Source of the DNA: an uncultured delta proteobacterium
Lineage (GTDB): Bacteria; Desulfobacterota; RBG-13-43-22
DNA length: 64,000 bases
Direction of reading: 5' to 3'
Assembly: GCA_963790475.1 (NCBI GenBank)
Contig: CAWBOS010000010.1
Coordinates: forward strand, 1,632,001-1,696,000
Shown piece after piece: positions 39,674 through 49,917 of this stretch. Under the pieces are notes generated by a model that was not told where the DNA came from, did not search any database, and saw only the letters and a program-made list of their open reading frames with translations. Every line of letters starts with the position of its first letter. Within the stretch, counting starts at the first letter, position 1. The translations under genes were made by a program, and so were the position numbers.

Positions 39674-40117
39674 ATGAGAGAAAAACAAATGGAACAGATT
39701 TCCCAGAATGCACTTGAACTCTTTCCATTGCTGAAGCGCCTTTTCAACGGAGATCCCCGAGACCCGGCGCTTGTACCGCTCCGAAACCAAACCTTCAGTA
39801 TCCTTCGGATATTAATAAGAAACGGACCGCTTCCGGTCTCGGCTGTCGGCAAGCGATTGCTCATCGCCAAACAAAACATGACCACACTCGTCGATAAGCT
39901 TATGAAAGAGGGTTTGGTTGAACGGAAATTGGATGCCACGGACCGGCGCGTCATTAACGTCTTCATAACCAAAAAGGGGATTAAATTTTTACAGGACAGT
40001 ATGCAGGGCTTGAAAAAAATCGTGAGTCAAAATTTATCGGAGCTTAGTGAGGAGGACATTGAATCCCTTTATAAAGCTTTTCAGACCATCAGAACCATTG
40101 CCCCAAAGTTAGGCTGA
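39674..40117 (+). CDS. MarR family regulator
   Basis: LVDKL..EGLVER..D.TDRRV.....T.KG. Confidence 0.92.
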   Translation: MREKQMEQISQNALELFPLLKRLFNGDPRDPALVPLRNQTFSILRILIRNGPLPVSAVGKRLLIAKQNMTTLVDKLMKEGLVERKLDATDRRVINVFITKKGIKFLQDSMQGLKKIVSQNLSELSEEDIESLYKAFQTIRTIAPKLG

Positions 40118-40191
40118 AAAATTATTTGACTACCAATCCATAAAAAGGTGGGGTTCCGGACCTCACCATAACCAGGAAGGAGAACGGAATC

Positions 40192-40983
40192 ATGACCAAG
40201 CAAGAAATTTTATTTAAGAAAGAGGATGGGATCGCCACGATTACCTTGAATTGTCCGGAGAGAAAGAATTCATTCTCCATGGACATGATCGACCACTGGG
40301 TCAATGCGCTGGGACAATGGCGGACCGACCCGGAGGTCAAGGTCATCGTCTTGACGGGGAGCGGCGACTCTTTTTGTGCCGGTGCTTATTTTGCTCCGGC
40401 TCAGGACGGAGCCGTTGCGGCCCCTACGGCTTTTGATCACAAAACCAACTTATGGGAACGGATCCACCGTATCCCTCTGACCCTGGAGGATACGGATAAG
40501 CCGGTGATCGCCGCCCTGAATGGGGTAGCTGTCGGCGCCGGGCTGGACATGGCCCTGATGTGCGATATTCGTTTTGCCGCCGAGTCGGCCAGGTTTTCCG
40601 AAGGGTATGTTAAAGTAGGATTCGTTCCGGGAGACGGCGGGGCCTACTATTTACCCCGACTGGTCGGGGTAGCCAAAGCCCTGGAGCTTCTTATGACCGG
40701 TGACTTTATTTTCGCACCGGAGGCGGAACGCATCGGAATGGTCAACAAGGTTTTCCCTGACGACCAACTGATGGACGAAACCTATAAATTCGCCCGGCGG
40801 CTGGCAGACGGACCGACCAAGGTCATTCAACTGATTAAACGCGCCGTCTACCAGAGCAGTCGTGTGGATTTGAGAACGGCTTTGGATATGATCTCCTCTC
40901 ATATGGGCGTTATTCGTACGACTAAGGACAGTCAAGAGGCCATGAAGGCTTCCATGACCAGACTTAAGGGTGGGAAAAAATAA
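40192..40983 (+). CDS. Enoyl-CoA hydratase/isomerase
   Basis: FCAG, KPVIAALNG.AVGAG, G.VPGDGG. Confidence 0.92.
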   Translation: MTKQEILFKKEDGIATITLNCPERKNSFSMDMIDHWVNALGQWRTDPEVKVIVLTGSGDSFCAGAYFAPAQDGAVAAPTAFDHKTNLWERIHRIPLTLEDTDKPVIAALNGVAVGAGLDMALMCDIRFAAESARFSEGYVKVGFVPGDGGAYYLPRLVGVAKALELLMTGDFIFAPEAERIGMVNKVFPDDQLMDETYKFARRLADGPTKVIQLIKRAVYQSSRVDLRTALDMISSHMGVIRTTKDSQEAMKASMTRLKGGKK

Positions 40984-41986
40984 AAAAGTCAAACCAAAAA
41001 GGTGCCCATTGAAAGAAATCGTTCAAGAAATCGCCCCGGGCCTATACCGGATCAGCATCCCCCTGGCCTTTGGGCTCGATTATGTCCATACCTATGCCGC
41101 AATTGACCAGGAGCGGGTCGCCCTTTTCGATACCGGGCCCTTAATGCCCTCCAGTTTGTCCCTATATCAAAAGGCCTTGGCCGGAATCGGGAGATCGATA
41201 GAAGATGTAGATCGGATATTCATCACCCATTCCCATGTGGATCACTGCGGGTTCGCCGGACAGATCAAAAAGATCTCCGGCGCCCGTATTTTTCTGTCGG
41301 AGATTGAATTCGAGGCCATAACCCGTGCCCATCAGGATCAGCCAAAAATCGACACGCTGGGGCATTTTTGGCGACAATACGGACTGGACGAAAAAACCAT
41401 TCATACCTTCAGTGCGGTTTTAGACGCCTTTACGATGGCAACCGCCCCATTTACTACGGATCATTTTTTAAACGACGAAGAATTCATAAAGTTTGGAAAG
41501 CGAACCTTCCAGGTTCTCTTCACCCCCGGCCACACCCGGGGGCATATCTGTTTCTTTCTGCCGGAAGAGCAGATTCTTCTGGCCGGCGATTGTATTTTGC
41601 CGCACATAACACCCAACCTGAGCCCCGACCTCACCTGTCCCTCGTTTCTGCCCCTGGAAAATTTTCTAAGCTCGCTGGAGCGGATCGGCGCTTTGCCGGT
41701 CCATAAGGTCTATCCCGCCCACGGGGAACCTTTTAATAATCTCAAAGGGAGAGTGGAAGAAATTATTGAACATCACATTCAACGAAAGGACCTGACCTTA
41801 CAATCCGTTACCCGGGATTCCCAAATGCCGGCTGAGATATCCAAAAAGATTTTCGGGGACTCTCTTTCCGGTTTTGATAGAGGCCTGGCCCTTAATGAAA
41901 CCTATGTCCATCTCCTGCAATTGGAAAAGGAGGGACGAATTGTAAGGGCAGAAAATGACGGACTGATATCTTTCAAAAAAATTTAA
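40970..41986 (+). CDS. MBL-fold metallo-hydrolase
   Basis: THSHVDHCG, TPGHT.GH, PAHG. Start uncertain. Confidence 0.9.
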   Translation: MGKNKKVKPKRCPLKEIVQEIAPGLYRISIPLAFGLDYVHTYAAIDQERVALFDTGPLMPSSLSLYQKALAGIGRSIEDVDRIFITHSHVDHCGFAGQIKKISGARIFLSEIEFEAITRAHQDQPKIDTLGHFWRQYGLDEKTIHTFSAVLDAFTMATAPFTTDHFLNDEEFIKFGKRTFQVLFTPGHTRGHICFFLPEEQILLAGDCILPHITPNLSPDLTCPSFLPLENFLSSLERIGALPVHKVYPAHGEPFNNLKGRVEEIIEHHIQRKDLTLQSVTRDSQMPAEISKKIFGDSLSGFDRGLALNETYVHLLQLEKEGRIVRAENDGLISFKKI

Positions 41987-42046
41987 GTCACCGTACTTCC
42001 GCCAGAGCCGGGAGGCTTGAAAATATTAGCCCCTCGAAGGGGCTCA
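41986..42046 (-). mobile_element. IS200/IS605-type end remnant
   Basis: Minus strand GAGCCCCTTCGAGGGGCT...CCTCCCGGCTCTGGCGGAAG...TGAC double hairpin. No transposase present. Confidence 0.45.
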
Positions 42047-42074
42047 AAAACAAAAGCCCAAACCCATTAATGCC

Positions 42075-42199
42075 GTCTCCCCGGCGAACCCCGGATCGGG
42101 TCCGGGGCAGGCGCCGGGGTCCAGGGGTTTCTCAGGCTATGGAAAGTTTCTGGATTCCGGCTGGAGTCTATCCCGCACTTGATGCGGGACCGAAATGAC
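42075..42199. repeat. REP-like repeat with nested hairpin insertions
   Basis: GTCTCCCCGG...GTCCAG...CTGGATTCCGG...AATGAC. Confidence 0.7.
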
Positions 42200-42324
42200 G
42201 ATCCAGAGGTTAATTCATTTTAGAAAAATATCTCTGACGGGGTATTGGAAAAATAATTGATACTCTTCGGGCCGGTCTATCCCTATTGTTAACAGGCCAC
42301 ACTACAGTGTTGAGGAGATTAATA

Positions 42325-43686
42325 TTGTCACATTGGGCCTATGATTCGGTTTTCTATCACATTTACCCGCTCGGATTTTGCGGCGCTCCGCCTGAGAATG
42401 ACTTTTCCTCCCCGGCCGATCACCGTCTGGAACTGCTCTACGACTGGCTGGGGCATTTACAGAATTTAGGCGTCAATGCCCTGTACTTGGGGCCGTTATT
42501 TGAAGCCAGCGCTCACGGTTATGATACGGCCGACTATTTCCAGGTGGATCGTCGCCTGGGAAACAATGAAATGTTATCACGCCTGAGCGCCGTTCTCCAC
42601 CGGAAGAATATTCGCCTGATCCTGGACGGGGTCTTCAATCATGTGGGAAGAGATTTTTGGGCCTTCCGTGATGTCCTGAAGAACCACCCTCAGTCCGCTT
42701 ATTGCGACTGGTTCCAGGGACTTGATTTCCACAAACACAGCCCCTATAACGATCCCTTTACCTACGAGGCCTGGAACGGACATCATAACCTGGTCAAGCT
42801 CAACCTAAGCAGCCCTGCGGTTAAGGGTCACCTCTTCCAGGCGGTGGATATGTGGATTCGTGAATTTGCCATCGACGGCCTGAGATTGGATGTAGCCGAT
42901 TGCCTTGACCTCTCTTTTCTAAAGGAGCTATCGGCCTTTTGTAAAAGTCGCCGTTCCGATTTCTGGTTAGTGGGAGAGGTGATTCACGGTGACTACCGAA
43001 AATGGGTCAACCCGGAAACCCTGGATTCGGTCACCAACTACGTCGGATTCAAGGGTTTGTACTCAAGCCATGTGGACAAAAATTATTTTGAACTGGCCCA
43101 TACCCTGAATCGCCAGTTTGGAGAAAAGGGGATGTATCGGAATCTTCCCCTCTACTCTTTTGCCGATAACCATGATGTTAATCGTGTGGCCAGCCAGCTC
43201 AAAAACCCGGCCCATCTCTACCCGCTCTACAGCCTGTTGTTTACCATGCCGGGTGTCCCTTCGATCTATTATGGAAGTGAATGGGGCATCGAAGGGAAGA
43301 GAACCAGCAGAACGGACCAGGCCCTTCGGCCACGTCTTGACTATTCCCAGATCTCTAAGAACAGCCCGCACCCTGATTTGCCCGGAGTCATAAGTCGCCT
43401 GGCTCAAATCCGGCACCAATCCGAAGCCTTGCGCTACGGTAATTATCGCCCGCTTTTGGTCAAATCCGAGCAATTGGCCTTTGCCCGGCAAACACAGGAG
43501 GAGTATGTAATTGTGGCCGTCAACGCTGCAGACAAACCGGTTCCTATTGAATTACCGGTCCCGGTGAGCGGGAAGAAGCAGTTGATTGATCTTCTGAACA
43601 AAGGCGACCATTTCCCGATCCATGGGGGAAAAGCACGCATCCCTGCTTTAAATCCCTGTTGGGCGCGGATCATGACCGTCAAGTAG
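42325..43686 (+). CDS. GH13 alpha-amylase family (cyclomaltodextrinase/neopullulanase-like)
   Basis: HGYDT.DY, DGVFNH, DGLRLDVA, GEV, DNHD. Confidence 0.9.
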   Translation: MSHWAYDSVFYHIYPLGFCGAPPENDFSSPADHRLELLYDWLGHLQNLGVNALYLGPLFEASAHGYDTADYFQVDRRLGNNEMLSRLSAVLHRKNIRLILDGVFNHVGRDFWAFRDVLKNHPQSAYCDWFQGLDFHKHSPYNDPFTYEAWNGHHNLVKLNLSSPAVKGHLFQAVDMWIREFAIDGLRLDVADCLDLSFLKELSAFCKSRRSDFWLVGEVIHGDYRKWVNPETLDSVTNYVGFKGLYSSHVDKNYFELAHTLNRQFGEKGMYRNLPLYSFADNHDVNRVASQLKNPAHLYPLYSLLFTMPGVPSIYYGSEWGIEGKRTSRTDQALRPRLDYSQISKNSPHPDLPGVISRLAQIRHQSEALRYGNYRPLLVKSEQLAFARQTQEEYVIVAVNAADKPVPIELPVPVSGKKQLIDLLNKGDHFPIHGGKARIPALNPCWARIMTVK

Positions 43687-43756
43687 CCGGCAGACTTGTG
43701 GATTTTACATGCTATTGAAATGAGGAATTATTGGCTGAGTAACTATCTTACTATTT

Positions 43757-46288
43757 TTAGCGACAACTCCAAACCCTATAAAGCCCCACGGCCCATTCCA
43801 TTAACGCCTTCTCGGCAATCGTCGGATCACTCAACTCTCGGTCCTGGTGGGCTACGTATTCATTTCTAAAGGTGTAGATGGTATCTGCCACCTGAAATAA
43901 ATCAGTTTGCGACAGGCCGGAAAATTTTTCCCGGACCGTTTCAAAAACGCCACCAACCCTTCGTTGTGTAGTCCGAGTATATTCCAGACACCAGCGTAGA
44001 AGTCCTATAGGCATCAACCCGTTTTGATCAACGAGAGTCCTTTCCAGGTTGGTTGCCTGGCGTTTATGAAAGTTGGCTTCCCCAACAGGCAATTCACTCA
44101 GATCAAGATGAAAAAAATCGTAGCGTCTATTTCGATCAGACGGGATTTCTTCCTGCAATTGCCTCAAGATCAGGGCCTTGGCTGCTTCATCCATTGGGCC
44201 GAGAAGGGGAGTAAAAACCGGGGCGAAAGAAATTACTTTTTTCTTTTTTAGAAATTGAAACAAAGCTAGGGGCATTTGGATCCTCATCTTTTCCACAATT
44301 TCATTGGCAAAAAGATGCCGTCCTTCATATTGAATTTCCGCGGACTTTGTTCCCCCTAAAGGCAGCGGTTCATATTTGGAGAATTCCTTTCGAATATCCC
44401 TTATCGTCATATTTTCCAGCCTGGGAATCCGGCTGTGCCCCGGAGAAATGGACGGCAGAAGAATATTGAGTTTTTTTACTTCCTTATTCTCCCGATCCGG
44501 GAAAATGGTCACTGTACTCTTAGGAACCTTTTCCACGTCCACCACTTCGATGATCAGACCTTCTTGGCTGAGTTCCTGTTGATAGAGACTCACAAAGGCG
44601 TTATGTTCGACTACGGTAACTAATTCCGAGGCCCCTCCGACGGACGGCGTCATTCGTCGCAAACCCCTTCCGACGGTCTGTTCCGGCAAGATATTAGCCT
44701 TGGAGGTATAAGGGCGAAGGGGAACAATGGTGGTCACGTTCTTGACGTCCCATCCCTCCCGAAGCATAAGGACCGAGACAATGCACTGATAAGGACTTTT
44801 GCCCGAATCCAGGTCACGAGAAAGCTCCCGTAAGATGGAGAGATTCTCTTCGCTGATTTCTTTCTCGCTCTCCACAAAAACCGGATAGCCTTTCTTCTTT
44901 CCCCCGACCCATCTGATGGTTCCTTTCAGGTTGGTATGAAGGTTGATCGTTTTGCCGTTTAACTCCAAAAACAGGGGATCGGAATTCAGCCGCTTGGTGA
45001 TCTGGTCGGCCGCTTCGGTATCCTCGCTCATAACAAAAAGCAACGGCTTTTTATCGCTTTTAATCCATTCTTCTTTAGACTTCAGCCACCGTTGGTAACC
45101 CATCATCAGATGTTGTTCAAATTTCTTCGAGGCATCTTTGCTTGGGGTTTCCGAAAGACCTTCTCTCCGGCCGATAATCGGGGTCTTGACAATGCCGCCG
45201 TCAACCGCCTCGCCCAGAGGGGCATCGCAAATAACGTGCTGAAAGATACGGCCATGATTGTCCTTAGGCGTGGCCGAAAAATCCAATTGGGCCGCCAGCC
45301 CTCCGCCGGTCCTGTTATTAATTTCCCGTTGCAGAAATCCGACCGCTTCATTCCAGGCCGAGCCCGGGTCCCAGAGGTGGTGGGCTTCATCATTTAAGAC
45401 CATAACCCTTTCATGGGCCGTAATCTGCTGACGAAGGGCCTTTCCGGTATCCAGGGCGCTTCCTTTGGAGACCTCTGGTCCCATCCATCCATAGGTTTCG
45501 GCCTCTTTCCGGGCCTTCCTTTTTCCCGGGTCATAAAGGCGGTGGATATTGGTAAGATAAAGAGTTCCCCCTGTGGCCGCACCACCCGGGGAATCCTGAA
45601 GGACCACGGTCAGATTAAAATCTCCTTTCCAGGCCACCGGGATCAATGGATCGCTGTCAAAGATACGACCATTTCCAAAGTCTTCCTTAAGCCGTTCAAA
45701 GACCGTCAGGTTGGGGGCAATTACCACAAAATGTCTGGCCAAAGGGGAATCGCTTTCCCGTAGAGAATGGAAGTAACTCCAGACAATGGCCAGGCTCATG
45801 ACCTTGGTTTTCCCGGCACCAGTAGCGAGTTTGAAGGCGTACCTGAGCCATTGGTCCTCGGCCGGATTGACCCCCAGGGCAGCCGTCTCCCGATCTTCTC
45901 CGCCAAATTCGGAAATGACTGATGACAGGCTCTTTAGTCCACGGACTTCATAAAGATAAATAAAAGTTTCAATAGCCTCCCGTTGACAAAAATAATATTT
46001 AAAAGGAATGCGTTCTCCGGCAGGATTCTCAAAAATATGGTCCCGCTCAAACCAATGATATAACAGTTCCCGGGTGGTATCCGAGGCCCCGGCATAATCC
46101 GTTTCCCGCCAATCCTTGACGAATGATCGAAGGTTGTTGGCAATGACTATGGAGGAAGGTCGTCGGCTTTTGACAACCTTGGCCGGTTGTCCGGACTTTC
46201 GGCCCGAACACGGTGGAAATTCGGTTCTTCATGAGAGGCATAAAGGTTCAAGGGCAGCGGGATTAATGATGGGGCTGGGCATTGACAT
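43757..46288 (-). pseudogene. Type III restriction Res-like DEAH helicase, disrupted
   Basis: ATGAGKT Walker A, NDEAHH, SATP, LREGWDV, EQTVGRGLR. In-frame TGA at codon 20 (46229-31). No nuclease motif evident. Confidence 0.75.
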
Positions 46289-46323
46289 CTCCCTTTTCAG
46301 AGAAAACCGAATCGCTTTAAGGT

Positions 46324-46773
46324 TTAAATCGACGCTGAGATCAGGGATTCGCCCTGGAGGGCGAGAAATTCTTTTGCGCTGACAATTTTAATCTGTCCGA
46401 CTTCATTAAGGTCAAGCAGGTGTTTATCCCCGGAGACAACAATTGGGGCCTTAGCTTCTAAGGCAAGTTCAAGAAAAATGGCATCTTCCTGATCCTCGAT
46501 TTTGATCCGTTTGGCTTTGGCTGCTGACCGTCTGGAAATAGCATAGAATTTGCTTTCAAGAATTAGGGTTTCAATAAGAGTCTCGGGGTTTCCTCCACTT
46601 TTCTCAAGAATTTTTCTGAATTTTTTTCTCCGGATAACCCTTTCAAATTCCTCTATGGTCGATTGGCTCTGAACCAAGGAGTGCTTCTCCAGAATAATTT
46701 TCAAAGCCTGAGAAGGGGGGCCTTTCCACAAAACGGCTGAAACCAACACATTGGTATCAACGACGATGTTCAT
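46324..46773 (-). CDS. PIN-family toxin (TIGR00305-like)
   Basis: VVDTNVLVSA, D..D..FLELA, VSGDKHLL. Confidence 0.9.
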   Translation of the reverse strand: MNIVVDTNVLVSAVLWKGPPSQALKIILEKHSLVQSQSTIEEFERVIRRKKFRKILEKSGGNPETLIETLILESKFYAISRRSAAKAKRIKIEDQEDAIFLELALEAKAPIVVSGDKHLLDLNEVGQIKIVSAKEFLALQGESLISASI

Positions 46774-46993
46774 TCTCTTTCCTTGCCTTGTGGATTTCCT
46801 TGTTTATTTCTTCCATGGTCATAAAATCTTCATCCGGTTCGGCAGAAAAATCCAAAAGAGAATGAGGTTTTTTGATGATCAGGCTGTTTCCTTCTATGAT
46901 GGCAATAAATTTCTTTCGCCTCCCCAACCACTTTCTCAAGATTGAATTGGTTTTTAGAGTCTGTCCGTCCGAATAGATAACAGTAGTTTGCAT
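46757..46993 (-). CDS. Putative antitoxin (AbrB-like)
   Basis: Small ORF overlapping the PIN gene, MTMEEINKEIHKAR tail. Confidence 0.7.
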   Translation of the reverse strand: MQTTVIYSDGQTLKTNSILRKWLGRRKKFIAIIEGNSLIIKKPHSLLDFSAEPDEDFMTMEEINKEIHKARKENEHRR

Positions 46994-47052
46994 TTTATGT
47001 CCTCCTTGGGTTTTCCCCTTTTGCCCTTTTTGATATTATACCTCAATTTCAA

Positions 47053-47578
47053 ATGATGCTCAAAGGGCTTGCCTTCCTGCCAGTTGAAGTCCACGGCCCA
47101 AAAGTCAATGAAATCAAAACCGCTTTTAATGGCCCGTTCTTTGAGCACTGCCAGTTCCTTGCTCGGCACCTCGGCCAGACTGGGAATAAATTTTTTTAAC
47201 TTAATATCCAAACGACGTTTCCCCTCTTTGGTACTGTAAACCGGCTCGGCTTCCAAAACGGCCATTTCCAGAAAAGGCGGGGGATTGGTACGACTTTTCT
47301 CCATGATCTCCCGAGGGATGGGGATCAGCTTGATCTTGACCCCTTCCGCGGCCTCCAGTTCATGGCAGATCAACCTGAGGTCCATCTCAAATTCCCAGGC
47401 CAAGCAATGGATTTCTTTCGCCCCGGCCTCATGGGCCGCCTTGACCACCGGGCTCAACTCATTTCTTGAGAAAATACTGTCTATCCCACCCGCATGGACA
47501 AAGGCCTGCCCTTTACGCCCATGAATCAAGCCATTAGTATTGGGCAACAGCTCGGCCCGGTAGAATTCCAAAACCCCT
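47053..47578 (-). pseudogene. C-terminal fragment of type III Mod DNA methyltransferase
   Basis: LAWEFEM and FIDFWAVDF.W motifs. Catalytic part absent. Boundaries approximate. Confidence 0.6.
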
Positions 47579-47737
47579 AAAGGCAGGGCGGCATACCCGG
47601 CCCCGGTCATACTGGTGCCCAGGTCGCGAAAGGCCAGCATATCCGCATACCAAAAGTACTTGGCCCATAAAGCATTTTGTCCGTTTTCCGGAGAAGAATG
47701 TCATAGAAATCAATGATTCAAACCTAATACACTTCAA

Positions 47738-48079
47738 TCATAAATTCAAAAGAATCCGAAGACGATCTTCCACAGCGGCCATTGCTTGCTGGGAAACCAG
47801 GCCCAACCGCTTGGAAAGCCTGTCTTTGGAGACGGAACGAATATCTTCACATTTGATGAAGCTTCGTTTAAGAAGTCCTCCATCGGAAATTTCAATGGGA
47901 ACATGGAAGGGTATCCCTTTTTCCTTTGAGGTGATGGGCATAACTACAATAAGCTCAGCCGGGCCCTGGTTAAACAGATCTACAGAGACAATAAGGGCAG
48001 GCCTTCTTCCGAATGGCTCGCGCCCCCGCGTGGGATTCAAATCAACCAACCAGACTTCTCCCCGTCGTGGTTCTGCCAT
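47738..48079 (-). CDS. PemK/MazF toxin
   Basis: RGEVWLVDL.PTRGRE..G.RPALIVS, V.PITS, IRSVSK.RL. Confidence 0.92.
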   Translation of the reverse strand: MAEPRRGEVWLVDLNPTRGREPFGRRPALIVSVDLFNQGPAELIVVMPITSKEKGIPFHVPIEISDGGLLKRSFIKCEDIRSVSKDRLSKRLGLVSQQAMAAVEDRLRILLNL

Positions 48080-48083
48080 ATTG

Positions 48084-48329
48084 TTAGTCCCTTTGACTAT
48101 CGGACAAGGTGGCTTCCCACTGTTTTCTTTCTTCCAGCTCCGCCTTCCAATTCTTGGAGTTTTCTTTTAATACCAAATAAGCCTTGTTGGCTTCTTGAAG
48201 AAAACGATGGCGACGGTACTCCTCAATCGCCGCATCCAGGACGGTTTGAAGCGATTTCCTCTCCTGCGCGGCTATCTCCCGCAGAATATTGCTGGATTCT
48301 TTACTTATTCGAATGGTTGAACTTGACAT
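48084..48329 (-). CDS. Antitoxin of MazF module
   Basis: RHH-like start, W.ATL.D tail, directly upstream of the toxin. Confidence 0.8.
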   Translation of the reverse strand: MSSSTIRISKESSNILREIAAQERKSLQTVLDAAIEEYRRHRFLQEANKAYLVLKENSKNWKAELEERKQWEATLSDSQRD

Positions 48330-48467
48330 GGTCTCTCCTTACCCAGATATCGGTTACATATGTGTATACAAAAAAGTAACCGAAATTTCAACCTATTTCT
48401 TGAGAGGGCATTTTTTAGATCAGGGATTTTTTAAAGTCAAAACCCAAGATTCCGGAGGATGGATTTT

Positions 48468-48584
48468 GAGCCTTGTCTGTTTCCCGCGCCTCTTCCTCCA
48501 GAGTATTCAATTCCTCCACGATCTCGGCCATGGCCGGTATTCCTCCTCTTCAGCGAGGTAGAAATAAAGACAGGGAGAAATATT
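48468..48584 (-). pseudogene. C-terminal remnant of type I R-M HsdM
   Basis: NISP.LY....EEEYRP / AEIVEELNTLEEEARETDKA with a frameshift. Confidence 0.5.
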
Positions 48585-48740
48585 TAGGGTCCTATATATC
48601 CCCCCGGCAATCGGCCCAATCTCCTTAGATTTTTTTCCCTCCACTGTTTTTTCTTCTTTTTTTCCCTTTGATCGTAATCTTATCTTATTCTATACTCCAC
48701 CATCAAAGGATATTTTCTATCTGATAGGGAGGAGGAGCCA

Positions 48741-49640
48741 ATGGAAGCGATCTGGCAGTGGGGCATCAACCTCATCATGACCATACAACAGGTCCACGGG
48801 CCGGTGCCGGACAGCATCTTCCGTGGGATAACTTTCCTGGGCGAGGAGCAGTTCTACCTCCTCTTTCTGCCTCTGATACTGTGGTGCTTCGATTACAGCT
48901 TTGGCGCCCTCCTGGCTGTCTTTTTTCTGCTCTCAAGCTCTCTCAATGTCATGTTGAAAGATTTGCTGCAGCAGCCTCGTCCCTTCGACCTCAATCCCGG
49001 CCTGAAGCTGTCCCAGGCAACGGGATATGGCCTGCCCAGCGGACACGCGCAGCTAACAGTCACGGTTTGGGGCGCCATTGCCGACAGGGTGAAAAGGCCC
49101 TGGTTCTGGTCGTTGACGGTGGTGTTGTTGCTGCTGATAGGATTCTCCCGTGTTTACCTGGGTGTACATTTTCCAACAGATGTGCTGGCCGGATGGATTA
49201 TTGCCGCACTATTGCTGGCTTTTTACATCAGGTTCAGCTCCCGGATGGGGAAGTGGTTGGCCGACCGGCACTTGGGACTTCAACTTCTACTGGCCGCAGG
49301 CGTGCCCGTTTTGCTGCTTGTGCCCAATCCCTCCCTGGAGGGACTCACCATCTCGGGCACGTTGTTCGGGGTGGGTGTTGGTTTGGTATTTGCGCGCCGT
49401 TACGTGCCTTTCAGCGCCCGGGGACGCTGGTGGAAACGCCTGGTTCGTTTTCTGGTCGGTATCATGGTGCTGTTGGCGCTTTACCTGGGGCTTAAGGCCA
49501 TGTTCCCGGCTGATGGGTCAGTGGCCGGGGCAATAGGCCGTTTCCTGCGCTATGCGCTGATAGGCGGTTGGCTGGTCATCGGCGCCCCCTGGCTTTTCCG
49601 GCTGCTGCGCCTGGCGGAGGCCTGCCGTTCAATCCCTTAG
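48741..49640 (+). CDS. PAP2 family membrane phosphatase
   Basis: K......RP, PSGH, SRVYLGVHFPTD. Confidence 0.92.
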   Translation: MEAIWQWGINLIMTIQQVHGPVPDSIFRGITFLGEEQFYLLFLPLILWCFDYSFGALLAVFFLLSSSLNVMLKDLLQQPRPFDLNPGLKLSQATGYGLPSGHAQLTVTVWGAIADRVKRPWFWSLTVVLLLLIGFSRVYLGVHFPTDVLAGWIIAALLLAFYIRFSSRMGKWLADRHLGLQLLLAAGVPVLLLVPNPSLEGLTISGTLFGVGVGLVFARRYVPFSARGRWWKRLVRFLVGIMVLLALYLGLKAMFPADGSVAGAIGRFLRYALIGGWLVIGAPWLFRLLRLAEACRSIP

Positions 49641-49917
49641 AGTCGATGGCCGACACAACCTCTCATATCCTTAACTGGAGAAAACAAACAATTTAAAGCA
49701 GATCCATTAGTAAAATTCAATCTCCACTATCTCTGTCAATACCAAAGATTTCATAAGTCCCTCATTCAAATTTTGACCTGCCAACTAATTTTTTTATCAA
49801 AAAAAGTCTTTTTTAAAAATAACTTGACTTTTACTTGAGAATAGGTAATGTAATATTACAATCATATTTTTATACTATAATAACAAATAACCAAAAGAAC
49901 GCGGAGGTTTTCTATCT

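Noticed and set aside
46229-46231. In-frame TGA as possible selenocysteine in the Res gene
   Set aside because: The flanking sequence reads better in another frame (YASHEEPNFHRVRA), which points to compensating frameshifts. There is no redox motif.
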